Source of the DNA: Octopus bimaculoides
Lineage: Eukaryota
NCBI RefSeq assembly: GCF_001194135.2
Contig: NC_068981.1
Coordinates: forward strand, 161,731,817-161,795,816
Reading direction: 5' to 3'
Length of the DNA: 64,000 bases
The position numbers and the translations under genes are program-made. Of the stretch, positions 51,850 to 64,000 are shown piece by piece. The stretch's first letter is position 1. Each line of letters starts with the position of its first letter. The notes under the pieces were generated by a model. That model did no database searches. It saw nothing but the letters and a program-made list of their open reading frames with translations, and had not been told where the DNA came from.

Positions 51850-52065
51850 CAAGGGGGTGCTGAAAATTTCCTGGCTTTGGGTAAAAGAAAATACAGGAGG
51901 ATCAGTTAATTATGATTTTATTCAGCATATTCCCTTCTCAGATTCACACACTTACTACAGCGGTCCTCTGGTTTTTCTAAGCCATGTAAAAGAACACAGA
52001 AGATTGGGCCTCCAGCCAGGTCTTTCCTGATACCCCTAAAGCCAGGAATTTTTCAGCACCCCTCA
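51850..52065. mobile_element. Mariner deletion derivative / MITE, 216 bp
   Basis: TA-caagggggtgctgaaaatttcctggctt ... aagccaggaatttttcagcacccctca-TA; minus strand retains DRCSKCVNLRREYAE*, like a transposase C-terminus. Confidence 0.85.
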
Positions 52066-52404
52066 TATTGCATCTTGGACAAGCATCTTTTGCTGTAACT
52101 CGGGCTGACCAAAATCTTGTGAGTGGGTTTGGTGGACAGAAACCAAAAGAAGCCCATCATCTATCTGTCTGTGTGTCTCTCTTTGCTTTGACATCATGCA
52201 TTAGTTGTAAGCAAGTGGTTTTCCATCAAATTCAATTTTCTAGGAAAACAGGGCAAAAATGCATATCTGGCTATGGGGTAATAATATCTTGCTTGGAAAC
52301 AGATTATGGTTGGCAACAGGAAAGGTATTCACCTATAAAATCTCTGCCTCAATAAACTCTATTTGATTAAGTGAGCATGGAAAATGGACATTAAATTGAT
52401 GATG

Positions 52405-52436
<32 letters not shown>

Positions 52437-52453
52437 GGTGGTGGTGGTGGTGG

Positions 52454-52508
<55 letters not shown>

Positions 52509-52531
52509 GGTGGTGGTGGTGGTGGTGGTGG

Positions 52532-52574
<43 letters not shown>

Positions 52575-52730
52575 TATTTAATTTCTTTTATATACTTTCA
52601 TTCTCCATGATTATTTTTATTAATATTTTCTTAATCAATTCTGTGCAAACTCATATAAATTTTATGAAATTTATCTTTGTAAATTACCTTTATCTGTACC
52701 AAATATGATAAATGTAAAAATCATCATCAC

Positions 52731-52787
<57 letters not shown>

Positions 52788-52805
52788 CATCATTATTATT
52801 GTTAA

Positions 52806-53066
52806 GGTGGTGAGCTGGCACAATTGTTAACACACCGAGCAAAATGCTTAGTGACATTTTGCCTGTCTTTACATTCTGGGTTCAAATTCTACCAAGGTGG
52901 ACTTTGCCTTTCATCCTTTCAGGGTTGATGAAATAAGTACCAGTTGAGTACTGAGGTCAATGTAATCAACTTAACTCCTCCTGCCACATTTCAGGCTTTA
53001 TGCTTATAGTAGAAAGGATTATTATTATTATCACCATCATCATCATTATCATCATCATCATCATCA

Positions 53067-53107
<41 letters not shown>

Positions 53108-53323
53108 GTTGAAGGTGGTGAGCTGGTAGAATCATTAGCACATCCTCCAAAATGTTTAGCAGCATTTTCTCTGTCTTCACATTCTAAGTTCAAATTCCGC
53201 TGAGGTCAACTTTGCCTTTCATCCTCTTGGAGTTGATAAAATAAGTACCAGTTGTGTACTGGAATCGATGTAATTGACTATCCTCCTTCCCCAAATTTTA
53301 GGCCTTGTGCCTATTATAGAAGG

Positions 53324-53330
<7 letters not shown>
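52806..53330 (+). mobile_element. Two tandem SINE-B copies, each preceded and followed by (ATT)n
   Basis: ggtggtgagctgg.. heads at 52806 and 53114; (ATT)n at ~52730-52800, ~53020-53108, ~53325-53359. Confidence 0.85.
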
Positions 53331-53357
<27 letters not shown>

Positions 53358-53363
<6 letters not shown>

Positions 53364-54410
53364 CCCATCACTCTGCTCAATGTAGAGTTGAAGATTTTGG
53401 CCAAGGTGTTAACTAAAAGGTTGGTGCCTGTCATGGACAGGCTGGTTGGCGAGGTGCAAACACGAGCCATCCCAACCAGGATCATTCAAGGTAATCTCCA
53501 TCTTATGTGCTACATCATAGAGAGGGTGGGTAATGAAGCTGGCATAGGTGGGGCTCTGATCAATTTAGATCAATCTAAAGCCTTTGATAGGGTTGACCAT
53601 CAATACCTGGCAGCTGTGGTCAAGGCAACCAGTTTCGGTCCAGTTTTCTGTGGTTGGATCGCTGCTTTGTACAGCAGCATCTGCTTGGTTGTTCGGGTGA
53701 ATGGTCACCTGTTAGAACCATTCAGCATTTGGCATTTGATCTGTCAAGGGTGCCCTCTCTCTACTCTTCTGTATGTACTGACTCTTGAACCATTACTGTG
53801 GAAGTTGGAAGCTTTGAGGGGTGTCCCACGTGATCTAGAATGTGGGAGAAGTGTGTCTGCTTATGCTGATGATATCACCATCATAGTGTTGAGCCACAGG
53901 CATATGGACCTGATTGGTGAAACACTACAAGAATATGAAGCAGTGACTGGAACAAAAATTAACACGGAAAAGTCAGTGGGCTTGCACCTCAGCACCTGGA
54001 GAGGCAAGCCCATGCTATCCGACAGTGTTGTGGGGCACTGGACAGACGGTCCCGTTAAGTTGCTCGGAGTCTGGTTTGGTTCAGACCTCCAGTTGGAGAA
54101 AAACCGGGACGAGGTGATGAGCAGGGTAGGCAATCTCACCCAGAAATGGGCTGAGAGGAAGCTGTCCCTGAAAGGTCGAGTGGAGGTGGTGAATGTGTAC
54201 ATCACATCTGTCATCTATTACTGCTTGACTGTCATTCTTTGCCCTGTTTGCTGGTTGACCAAGCTGGTGCGCTTACTCTTCCGCTTTCTGTGGGAGGGGT
54301 GCATTCCACTGGTCAGGCACTCCATATGCTGTCAACAGCCACTGAATGGTGGGCTGGGCATGCCGTGGTTACTGATGTGCAGACATGCGCTATCTCTAGT
54401 GTTTCCTTGA
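53358..54410 (+). pseudogene. Tx1/L1-type reverse transcriptase (open ~350 codons, frameshifted downstream)
   Basis: FRPITLLNVELKILAKVL, LDQSKAFDRVDH, QGCPLS, AYADDITI, KLLGVWF; the N-terminal MTILL...LLLL of the called ORF comes from SINE and microsatellite sequence. Confidence 0.9.
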
Positions 54411-55424
54411 TGGTGAGCAGGTGTGGTCACTGTTTATCAGGCACACTTTTCCACAACTTGTCTCTTTGACTGAGTCGCAAACCTGGATTATGTGTAGACC
54501 GAGGAGGGGCACTTGGTACCTCAAGTGCTATCAAGTTCTCACAGCTCTCTGCTACGCAGGCAATGCGGTCAGTGGTAGTTCCACTCTAGCATTATATAGA
54601 AGGCTAGTGGAGGGAAAGTGCAACAACGTTCTCAGGGATACTCTGGGCGTTGATGAAGATCAACTAATTGGGCCTGGGCCTATGGATAACTTTCAGAAAT
54701 CCCTTGCCTGGCAGAGATACCAAGTAGCACTGCCTATTTGAGATAAATTTACAGGCACAGAAGTGGCATCAGCCAGGCCTGCCCAAGGTGCGCCCAGAAT
54801 GATGAAATCATTCTGCACACCCTAGTCCAGTGCACAAGTATTGCTGACCTGTGGGTTTATGTCGAACACCTGCTGTCACATGTAGGACAGATCTGGCTAT
54901 CAGCTGAATCCATTGTGAAGATTGCCCCGCCATCCTCTTTTGGCCAGAGGGGCAGGCAATTTTTATTTGTCTAGTGGCTGTAGTGAAAGAGATAGTATAG
55001 TGGACTCATTTAAAAGGGTTAAAGACAGACAATTTCTTCTTTGGCCAAGCCCTCATCAACTTTTTCTAAGTTGAGGGTGGAGAGGGAAGTGTTGCCTTCT
55101 AGCAAGTTTGTCAAAAGATGGATGAATGTTGGAAGAATGGTCAGCGTGAAAGGACCAATTCTGAGCATGCACCTGTAAAAAAAGGGAATTAAAGAAGGGC
55201 TCTTACCCTGTTGATCAGGCATCCATGATTTTTCTGAGTTTTTCCATGAGAACCTTAAAGTACTTCCCCTATGGGAAGTTTCAATTTGTTCTATATTAAT
55301 TGTTATTTATATTATTTATATGCGGAAAACCCATTGTATTGTCCTGTTTTTGTCTTTTATGCTGTTGTATGTCCTTTAATGTTATTGTATGTAAGCCCTT
55401 GTGGCTAATAAAAGAATGAATCAC
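53358..55424 (+). mobile_element. Tx1/L1-clade LINE, 5'-truncated (no endonuclease), flanked by (ATT)n on both sides
   Basis: RT motifs, C-terminal CPRC-x8-H-x4-C at ~54775-54830, AATAAA at 55407-55412, then (TAT)n. Confidence 0.92.
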
Positions 55425-56960
55425 TATTATTATTATTATTATCATTATTATTATTATTATTATTATTATTAAAAAGACAATGGATTGACATTATTGCCTT
55501 TCTTCTTTTGTGGTGGTCAATAAAATAAAGTATCACTTTAGTTCTAGGGATGATATAATCAACTCACACCCTGCCCCTAAAATTTCTGGCCTTGTGCTTA
55601 AATCAGAAAATCAAAGGTGGCAGGCAAATTGGCAGAATTGTTATAGCATTGAAAAGATACCTTGCAGCATTTCTTCCATTCTGAGTTCAAATCCTGCCGG
55701 GGTCATGTTTGCCTTTCATCTTTCCTGGGTTGATAAATAAAGTATTTCTCAAGTACTGGGATTGATAGCATTGATTAACTGCCTCTCTTCACAATGACTA
55801 GCCTTGGTTCTAAATTACAAACAGTTGTTATTGTTACAAAGTCTGTGAATGACTAAATTGGTAGTGTGTCGGTCAAAATGCCATGCCATTTTTATTTAGG
55901 TGTTTACCACGTTTTCCACTAAACAAGCCAAATGTTTCAGATCAAAATTTACAGTCAAAATGGTTGTTCAACTTATACATACCAAACTGAGTTTGGAGGA
56001 CTAAAGATATCATGTGAAATGCAGCAGGATTTATAAAGATAGCGATGATGTTTAAATGTTTGTACTACATGGTTATACTATATACTACATTAACTTGTAT
56101 GTTGGAAAATACAGTATACACTCATGAGTTCATATTGTGCTATATTCAATTTTGCCTTTTATCTGTCCAGGGTGGGTAAGGATATAAAGTATCAGTCAAG
56201 TTCTAGAGTCAATAAAATTAACTGTTCTTTCTCTAGAATATGAGACCTTGTGTCTCTGTTAGCAATCATTATATCATCATCATCACCATCATCATCATCA
56301 TTATTGTTATTATTATTGTTGTTCATATATAATAAAGAATTAATAATAATTATTATTGTCTTTTTTTTATTTATTAGTAATTATATATTAATACAAAAAC
56401 AAATACACTTGAGAAAGAATTACAAACAACTAATGTGTTCCTGGCAAAATGCCACAAAAATGTACAAACAATGACTGGATTCTCAGATGGAAATAAAATC
56501 AATACATATTACACCTTCCTCTGAATACTATAAGAATAATAATATTGGCTTGTTAGTTCAACACTCGGTGTTTGTGGAAAATTCCCAGCTGATGTTTACA
56601 TAAATGAGAATGAATGAAGAAGCATATGAAGTTCTTGTGCAAATGGAAATTGTGATATTGCTTTATTCATTGAGTAAAACCTTTTGTGATATTGTTTTAT
56701 TCATTGAGTAAAACCGTTTTTGTTTCCGTCTACTCTGTTAATGAACGAGGAACAGCATGAATGTCACAACTTCACATTTCCTTATTTTTCTCTCTTGTAA
56801 TAATAAAGAGGCAGTTATATCCCCACCTTTATTGTTAGTGTGTTAGCAATCATGGCTTATCTAATAAAAGAAAAAAGACCTTAAACAGAAGCACTATGAC
56901 ATAGTTTGTTTTTGTATCTGGTTTGCAAAATTCTTTATGTGAATTTGTGTGTTGAAACAG

Positions 56961-57311
56961 ATTTTGTTGTGTCTAGGGAGGGTCATTATGCCAATATTAC
57001 TAACACATGCACTGGTTGAATTCCACTCCTTTATTATTAGTCAATTGGTTAAATATCCAACTAATTGGTTGTTTGTTTAATTTGGTTAAACAGTAAGTCA
57101 TTTGTTTTGTCTTTGTTTGTCAAAGCTCTTTTGTTGCTACTTTCAACCTTTCCTAAAACAAAACAAATGGCTTACTGTTTAACCAAATTAAATGAACAAT
57201 TGATTAGCTGGTTGGATATTTAACCAGTTGACTAATAATAATAGAGTGGAATTGAACCAGAGTGGGTGTTAATAATATTGACATAATGACTCTCCTTAGA
57301 CACAGCAAAAT
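56961..57311. repeat. ~350-bp imperfect palindrome (~150-bp arms), probable MITE
   Basis: attttgttgtgtctagggagggtcattatg...cagtaagtcatttgttttg versus caaaacaaatggcttactg...cataatgactctccttagacacagcaaaat. Confidence 0.85.
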
Positions 57312-57720
57312 GTGGTATAGTTGTTATTGATTAACTGCTGCTCAGCTGTTACCTGAGGAGACCTATGCTCCAATCCATTCCAGCTATGACTGTCCAGTCA
57401 TGTTTATCTAGAATTACATTTTCCAATATAGGTGCAGGTATAGCTGTGTGGTTAAGAAGCTCACTTGGCAACCAGGTGGTTTCAAGTTCAGTCCCACTGC
57501 ACAACACCTTGGGCAAGTTTCTTCCTTTTATGGCCCTCAGCTAACCCAATGCTTTCTGAGTGAATTTGATTCACAGAAACTGAGGAAGCTCGTGATATAT
57601 ATTAATATATACACACACAAACAGGAGAGTGCATAAGTGCAAAACAAGGTGGAGAAAATAGTACTTGAATACTGAAGGTAGAGTAATATGCTTTTATTAA
57701 AGCTGCAAAATTATCACAAG

Positions 57721-57760
57721 ACTGTTATTCAGAGTTTCCCATTCTCAATCGTCAGACAGT
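57721..57760 (-). ncRNA. Degenerate type I hammerhead-like motif
   Basis: Minus strand: ACTGT CTGACGA ttgagaatgg GAAAC tctga ATA ACAGT; perfect 5-bp helix I and intact core, helix II only G-U pairs, one helix III mismatch. Confidence 0.5.
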
Positions 57761-57794
57761 TGTGATGAAAACTGAATTAAAATTGTGATATATA

Positions 57795-58996
57795 CAGGGT
57801 GTGATGGGTAAATTGTTGCTAATTTATATTTTTAATTTTGCACATGTGCATTGTTTGTTTTTGATTTTTTCAACTACACAGTATAGTAGGGTCAGTTGGG
57901 CACCATCTGTGAGAAAAACAGCACCATGACATATAATAGTGCAAGGATTTGGAAAGAGTTGGATGAGTCTAATGGTGATTACAAAGGTACAGCAGCTCAG
58001 GAAACTCACTCACATCGTTCTGATAAGAAAAAAACTCTTGAATTTGTTGGTGAGATCCAGGCCATGATTGGCAACGATCCCTCCATGTCAATAAGGTCCA
58101 TTGCCAGGGACATGAGAGTGTCTGAGTTTCTTATCAGGCAGGTAGTGCATGAAGACATTCGGTATTCCTCATGCAAGGTAAGAAAGGGTCAATTTTTTCC
58201 CCAAGCCATCAAGGACAAGAGGAACGACCATGCAACAAAGATTTTGAACAAACTCAAGCATCCTCTTCAACTGAACATGCTTTGGTTTTCTCAGATGAGA
58301 AAAATTTCTGCCAGGATCAGATGGTGAACACACAGAACAACTGATGGCTTGCCATGTCCCCAAAACATGTACTGAGAGTGGTAAGAATCAAACATCCAGT
58401 CAACATCATGGTGTTTGGAGTGAACACTAGTGATAGTAATGTTATGCTTCCATTCATCTTCTCACATGGCCTCAGACTCAACATGGAGGCCTACATCAAG
58501 TGCCTGGAGGAAGTAGTGCTGCCCTGGATCAAGAGGGTAGCTGCTGGAAGACCCTATGTCTGGCAACAAGACTCTGCACCATGCCACACAAGCAGGAGAA
58601 CCCAGTCATGGCTGTCACACAATTTCTGCGATCACATCGCCCTTAACATCTGGCCACCTAACTCCCCAGACTGCAACCCTCTTGATTATTATGTGTGTGG
58701 TACAGTTGAGTGAGAGACCAACAAAACTCTTTGTAACACCAAAGATGAACTGAAGGCAAGGATTATGGCAGCATTCACCAACTTAAACAAGGAGACCATC
58801 CAGAAGAGTTGCAGGAGATTCTGAAGTCGTCTGGAGGCCGTAATTGAAGCCAATGGCAATTCTGTTGAATATATTTACTCTTTAGTATTTCAAGATATTT
58901 TTATGTAATTTTGGTAGATGTATCTGTTAAAATGAGATGTCTGTGTTATTTTCTTTTTCTGCGTACTTTAGATGACAATTTATTCACTGCACTCTG
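57795..58996 (+). mobile_element. maT (DD37D) mariner fossil, 1.2 kb, full length
   Basis: TA-cagggtgtgatgggtaaattgt ... acaatttattcactgcactctg-TA; WFS/DEKNF, WQQDSAPCH, WPPNSPDCNPLDYY with 37 residues between the second and third D; stops and a frameshift. Confidence 0.92.
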
Positions 58997-61490
58997 TATC
59001 ATCGTCATCATCGTCGTTTAACATCCGCTTTCCATGCTAGCATGGGTTGGACGATTTGACTGAGGACTGGTGAAACCAGATTGCTACACCAGGCTCCAAT
59101 CTGATATATATATATATATATANNNNNNNNNNNNNNNNNNNNNNNNNNNNNNNNNNNNNNNNNNNNNNNNATACACATATATATGATCTTTTATTCTTTT
59201 ATTTGTTTCAGTCATTTGACTGCAGCCACACTGAAGCACAACCTTTAGTCAAACAAATCGACCCTGGACTTATTCTTTGTAAGCCTAGTACTTATTCTAT
59301 CGATATCTTTTGCTGAACCACTAAGTTACGGGGACGTAAAGACACCAACATTGCTTGTCAAGCGATGGTGGGGGACAAACAAAGACTGAAAACTGGCAAG
59401 ACAATAGGCTGCACTAGGCTCCAATCTGATCTGCCAAGGTTTCTACAGTTGGATGCCCTTCCTAATGCCAAGCCAACCACTCTGAGAATGTTGTGGGTAC
59501 TTTTTGCATGCCACCAGCATGGGAGCCAGTCAGATAGCACTGGCATCGACCATGTTTGGATATGTTTGAATGGTACTTATTACGTGCCACCAGCACGGGT
59601 GCCAGTCAGGTGGCACTGGGATTAGCCAGTGTATATGTTTATGTATGTGTATATGTATATGTATATGTATGTGTATATGTATATGTATGTGTGTATGTAT
59701 ATATATATGTTTGTGTGTGTCTCCCACCACTGCGTGACAGTTGGTGGTTGTTTATTTCCCCTCTGTAACTTGGTGGTTTGGCAAAGTGATAACTAGAGTA
59801 AGTACAAGACTCAAAAGAAAAATAAATACTGGGGTTGATTTGTTCAACTAAATCCCCTGAAGGTGGTGCCCCAGCATGACCACAGTTAAGAAAATTAAAT
59901 GAAACTAAAAAAAAAGACAAAAAGATGAAAAAAAAATGTTTTGTTTTTTTCAAGATGGTAGGATGCTATATGAGAGGGATTCGGCTGCTATATCTGGCAA
60001 TTCAGATGACTGCTTAGAGGTTTCCCTGTTGACTCAGAAGCAATGAATAGGTATAATCTGTAGATAGGTTACCAAACAGATTTGTATTGTTCTCTCTTCC
60101 TACATTTAGAGTTCACATCCTACGAAGAATGGCTTGTATTTTATTTATTGATCAGGATTGATAAAGTAACTAACTGTACTATAATGGAATTAATATACTT
60201 CACTATATATCCCCTTTTCTATCCTATTGATTTATTGATTAATGACATTTGTTTATTCACCAGGGCAGCATCTTAAACCTCAAAGGCAATTGTACTGGAC
60301 TCCATGTGTGTGTGTGTGTGTGTGTGTGTAGAACGGTTGTGTGCATGTAGAAGATTTTTATGAGTGTATATGTGTGTACATATACCATACATAGACACCT
60401 CAAAAATGAATAGACAGAGTCATTTTTGAAAGGTGTATTTCTAGAAACAAAATGATATCATTTGATGGATTTAAATACTTGATCGAGTATTTAGTAGATG
60501 TGCCTAGTGCATGAGAGATCGACAAGTTTGAGGCACCAAACAGTGTTCATGTAGATAAAATGGTATACTTAGGGAAGTCTATTTACTTTTGAAATGTGTC
60601 CGTGTGTGTGTGTGTGTGTTAAACATTCATATTCATACTTACACACAAACAGCGAGAGCATAATAAACAAGAAATCAGTGTCCTGTGTGTGTGTGTGTAT
60701 GTGTGTGAATGAGTATATTGATCATTGTAGCAATCAACCTACTTGTATCATCTTCTTACACTCATACACTCATATGTGTTCATTTATTCCACTCTGTCTT
60801 TGTGCACTGGGTATTTGGCACCAGAAGCTACTTCTGTCACCAATCCTTACCTATTTTCAAGAAAGAGACTTTCTCTTCTAAAGAAAAGAGTTTTGAAAGT
60901 GCAGAACAGCCAGTCACAATGTCAATAAGGAGTGTCAACACTACCACTGCATTGCTCAAAGAAATGACCTTATATATGATGCATAGATACATACATATGT
61001 GTGTATATACATATGCATGTATGTATGTATGTATGTATGTATGTATGCATATATGTTTAGTAGAAGCACAGAGTGACTCAAGGGCCAAAAATTTTGTGCT
61101 TTAACACTTATCAAACTAACTATACTATAATGGAATCAATATACTTAATAAGTATTAACGCATGAAATGCTCAGCCCTTCAGTAAACATTTTTCTATTTT
61201 TCCTGTTTGCTTCAGCTAACATATATATGTATATATAATGTGTATCCTGCTCTTTAAAAAAAGGTACACTGTATGTCTGTACGATAAGAGAAAAATCCCA
61301 TGCAACCCATATCATAGTGGAAAAGTAGATATTAAAACAATGATGAAACACACACACTTCACTTCTTTAAGTTTCCATCTTCCAAACTATTCACTAGGCT
61401 TTTCGCTAACCTGGGGTTATAGTAGAAGACACTTGCCCATGTATTTGGGAATTAAACATCCTTTCATACAGTCACACCTTATATATATAT

Positions 61491-61580
61491 AAATCAAAAT
61501 AAGCAACAAGGAGATCCAGAGGTAATGCAGTACAATCATACTGCATTACCTCTGGATATCCTTGTTACTTATTTTGATTT
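61491..61580. repeat. 90-bp palindrome: 42-bp arms (2 differences), 6-nt loop
   Basis: aaatcaaaataagcaacaaggagatccagaggtaatgcagta / caatca / tactgcattacctctggatatccttgttacttattttgattt. Confidence 0.92.
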
Positions 61581-61714
61581 TAATCACCTTACTTTGAAAT
61601 TGTATGGATAATACCTTACTAAATTCTGGTGCCTCAACTTAGGTACCATATTCACCTGAATCTATATATATATATATATATCATCACTATTGCTTAATGC
61701 TTGCCTTTCATGCT

Positions 61715-62115
61715 GGCCCTGCAAGCGTCCTGTGCTTGTGCCACATAAAAAAACACTCATGGTGGTGCTACATAAAAGTGCCCATGCACTGTCATGTAAA
61801 AGTACCTGTGAGAAACCACACAAAAGCACCCATGCAGTATCACATGAATGCGCCCATGTGGTGTCATGTAGAAGTGCCCATATGGTGCCTTGTAAGAGCA
61901 CCAGTGTGGCGCTACATAAAAGCACCTACCACACTCTGCAAAGTAGTTGGCATTAGGAAGGGCATCCAGCTGTAGAAACCATGCCAAATCAAACGGAACC
62001 AAGTGCTTGCCAACTCCTGCCAACTCTGGCCAACTCTAGTCAACTTTTCAACTCTGGTCAAACTGTTCAAACCGTGCCAGCATGGACAAAGGACATTAAA
62101 TGATGATGATGACGA
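61715..62115 (+). mobile_element. RTE family 1 3' UTR with ~28-bp tandem units
   Basis: aaaagcacccatgc..tgccac.t units then the standard tail. Confidence 0.8.
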
Positions 62116-62560
62116 CATATATTAATTGCTTGTCGGAACATTGCATTTCATTATGCAACCATAATATACCACCAAGTACACTAAAGTTTTATAAGTCAAT
62201 ACTCTGCCCCCACCTGTGTTAGCAGTGCTATTAATTCACTTTTTAAAGTTCTCCCTACAGATATTCTATAAAAATGAGAGCCAAAACTGTCTTGTATACA
62301 TTTGCATATGCTTCATATATGAATACATCTATGTAAATAATATGATTGAAGATAGTAAAATAGGTAATGGGTAGGTGTATATGCATATTTCAGGAGTTCT
62401 TTAAATGATAATAAGGATAAAAGTACTGCTGCTGGTGCCACATAAAAGTCGTCCAGTACACTCTGTGGAGTGGTTGGTGTTAGGAAGGGCATCCAGCTGT
62501 AGAAACCAGACTAGAACAGACAATGGAATTTGATGCAGGAAGACTGCTGAATACAAGCAC

Positions 62561-62626
<66 letters not shown>

Positions 62627-63159
62627 CTTTGACCAGCTGTGGTCAAACTGTCCATCTCATGCCAGTATGGAAAACAGATGTTAGATGATAATGATACTCA
62701 TTATTATTTAATGTCCATCTTCCATGCTGGCATGGGTTGGAAAGTTTGACCACAGCTGATAAGGCCATGGGCTGCACCAAGATCCATTGCATGTATGTTT
62801 GTGAGTGAGTGCACGTGTGTGAGTGTGTGTGTGTGTGTATGTGTGAAGGTGCACATATGCATGTATATGGAGACACACACATATATTGGTTTGTTTTTGC
62901 GCTCATTTTCCAGGGTAGCATCAATACTGAGTCATTATTTTATAAGCAAATGCCCTTCCTGTTGTGCACCCTGACATGTTTTTCAAGCAAGGGATCTCTT
63001 CAAAAGCACAAAGCTACTGAATAATTTGTTGGCAGACGAATGACAACAAACGTCAATGCTTACAGCTTACATACTATTTTGCATGGGAAGTACACACAAT
63101 GTAAATATTCACATAGGGACATACACACACATTCACAAACATACTTACACATAGGCGCA

Positions 63160-63535
63160 TAAATAGCACCATTTGAGTGAGATCGTTATCAGCGTCGCCT
63201 TACTGGCACTTGTGCCGGTGGCACATTAGGAAATCATTCGAGTGAGGTCGTTGCCAGTGCCGCTGGACTGGCCTCTGTGCAGGTGGCACATAAAAAACAC
63301 CATTTTGAGCATGGTCATTGCCAGTACCGTGTGACTGGCCCTCATGCCAGTGGCACGTAAAAGCACCCACTACACTCTCGGAGTGGTTGGTGTTAGGAAG
63401 GGTATCCAGCTGTAGAAACTCAGCCAGATCAGATTGGAGCCTGGTGCAGCCATCCATTTCACCAGTCCTCAGTCAAATCGTCCAACCCATGCTAACATGG
63501 AAAGCGGACGTTAAACGATGATGATGATGATGATA
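63160..63535 (+). mobile_element. RTE family 1 3' UTR and tail
   Basis: Very similar to 1420-1790. Confidence 0.85.
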
Positions 63536-63586
63536 TGTATGTATATATTATCCCAGTATACATATACATATATATACATACATATA

Positions 63587-63994
63587 CTCTTTTACTCTTT
63601 TACTTGTTTCAGTCATTTTGACTGCGGCCATGCTGGAGCACCGCCTTTAGTCGAGCAAATCGACCCCAGGACTTATTCTTTGGAAACCTAGTACTTATTC
63701 TATCGGTCTCTTTTGCTGAACCGCTAAGTTATGTGGACGTAAACACATGACCATCGGTTGTCAAGCGACGGAGGGGGGACAAACACAGATGCACAAACAT
63801 ACATACATACATATATATATATACATATATACGATGGGCTTCTTTCAGTTTCCGTCTACCAAATCCAATCACAAGGCATTGGTTGGCCCAAGGCTATAGT
63901 AGAAGACACTTGCCCAAGGTGCCACGCAGTGGGACTGAACCCGGAACCATGTGGTTGGTAAGCAAGCTACTTACCACACAGCCACTCCTGCGCC
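63587..63994 (-). mobile_element. SINE-A, full length
   Basis: Reverse complement of the 10361 copy. Confidence 0.9.
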
Positions 63995-64000
63995 TATATA

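Noticed and set aside
56650-56717. 34-bp tandem duplication
   Set aside because: Ordinary local slippage with no further structure.

Overview
Eukaryotic, AT-rich, very repeat-dense window with 11 N-gaps. The SINE/LINE repertoire and (TA)n/(CA)n load look like an octopus (cephalopod) genome; this is recognised from memory, not searched. No intact protein-coding gene can be supported, and nearly all listed ORFs are microsatellite or repeat translations. Content: four tRNA-headed SINE groups (my labels A-D), many 3' ends of an RTE-type LINE, one BovB-like RTE remnant, a 5'-truncated Tx1/L1 LINE (53.4-55.4 kb), three large Tc1/mariner fossils (IS630-like with ~225-bp TIRs, rosa-like DD46D, maT DD37D), and several MITEs and palindromes. 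Two observations stand out. (1) A ~1.75-kb fold-back element (28203-29950) carries a Penelope-type minimal hammerhead ribozyme motif, pointing outward, in each inverted terminus; three more hammerhead-like motifs occur elsewhere. (2) The Tx1 LINE and the SINE-B family share a 3'-terminal CUUGU-loop stem-loop with compensatory base changes and sit together in an (ATT)n-linked chain, suggesting a Tx1-SINE partnership. Coordinates of old repeats are approximate; all alignments and folds were done by eye.
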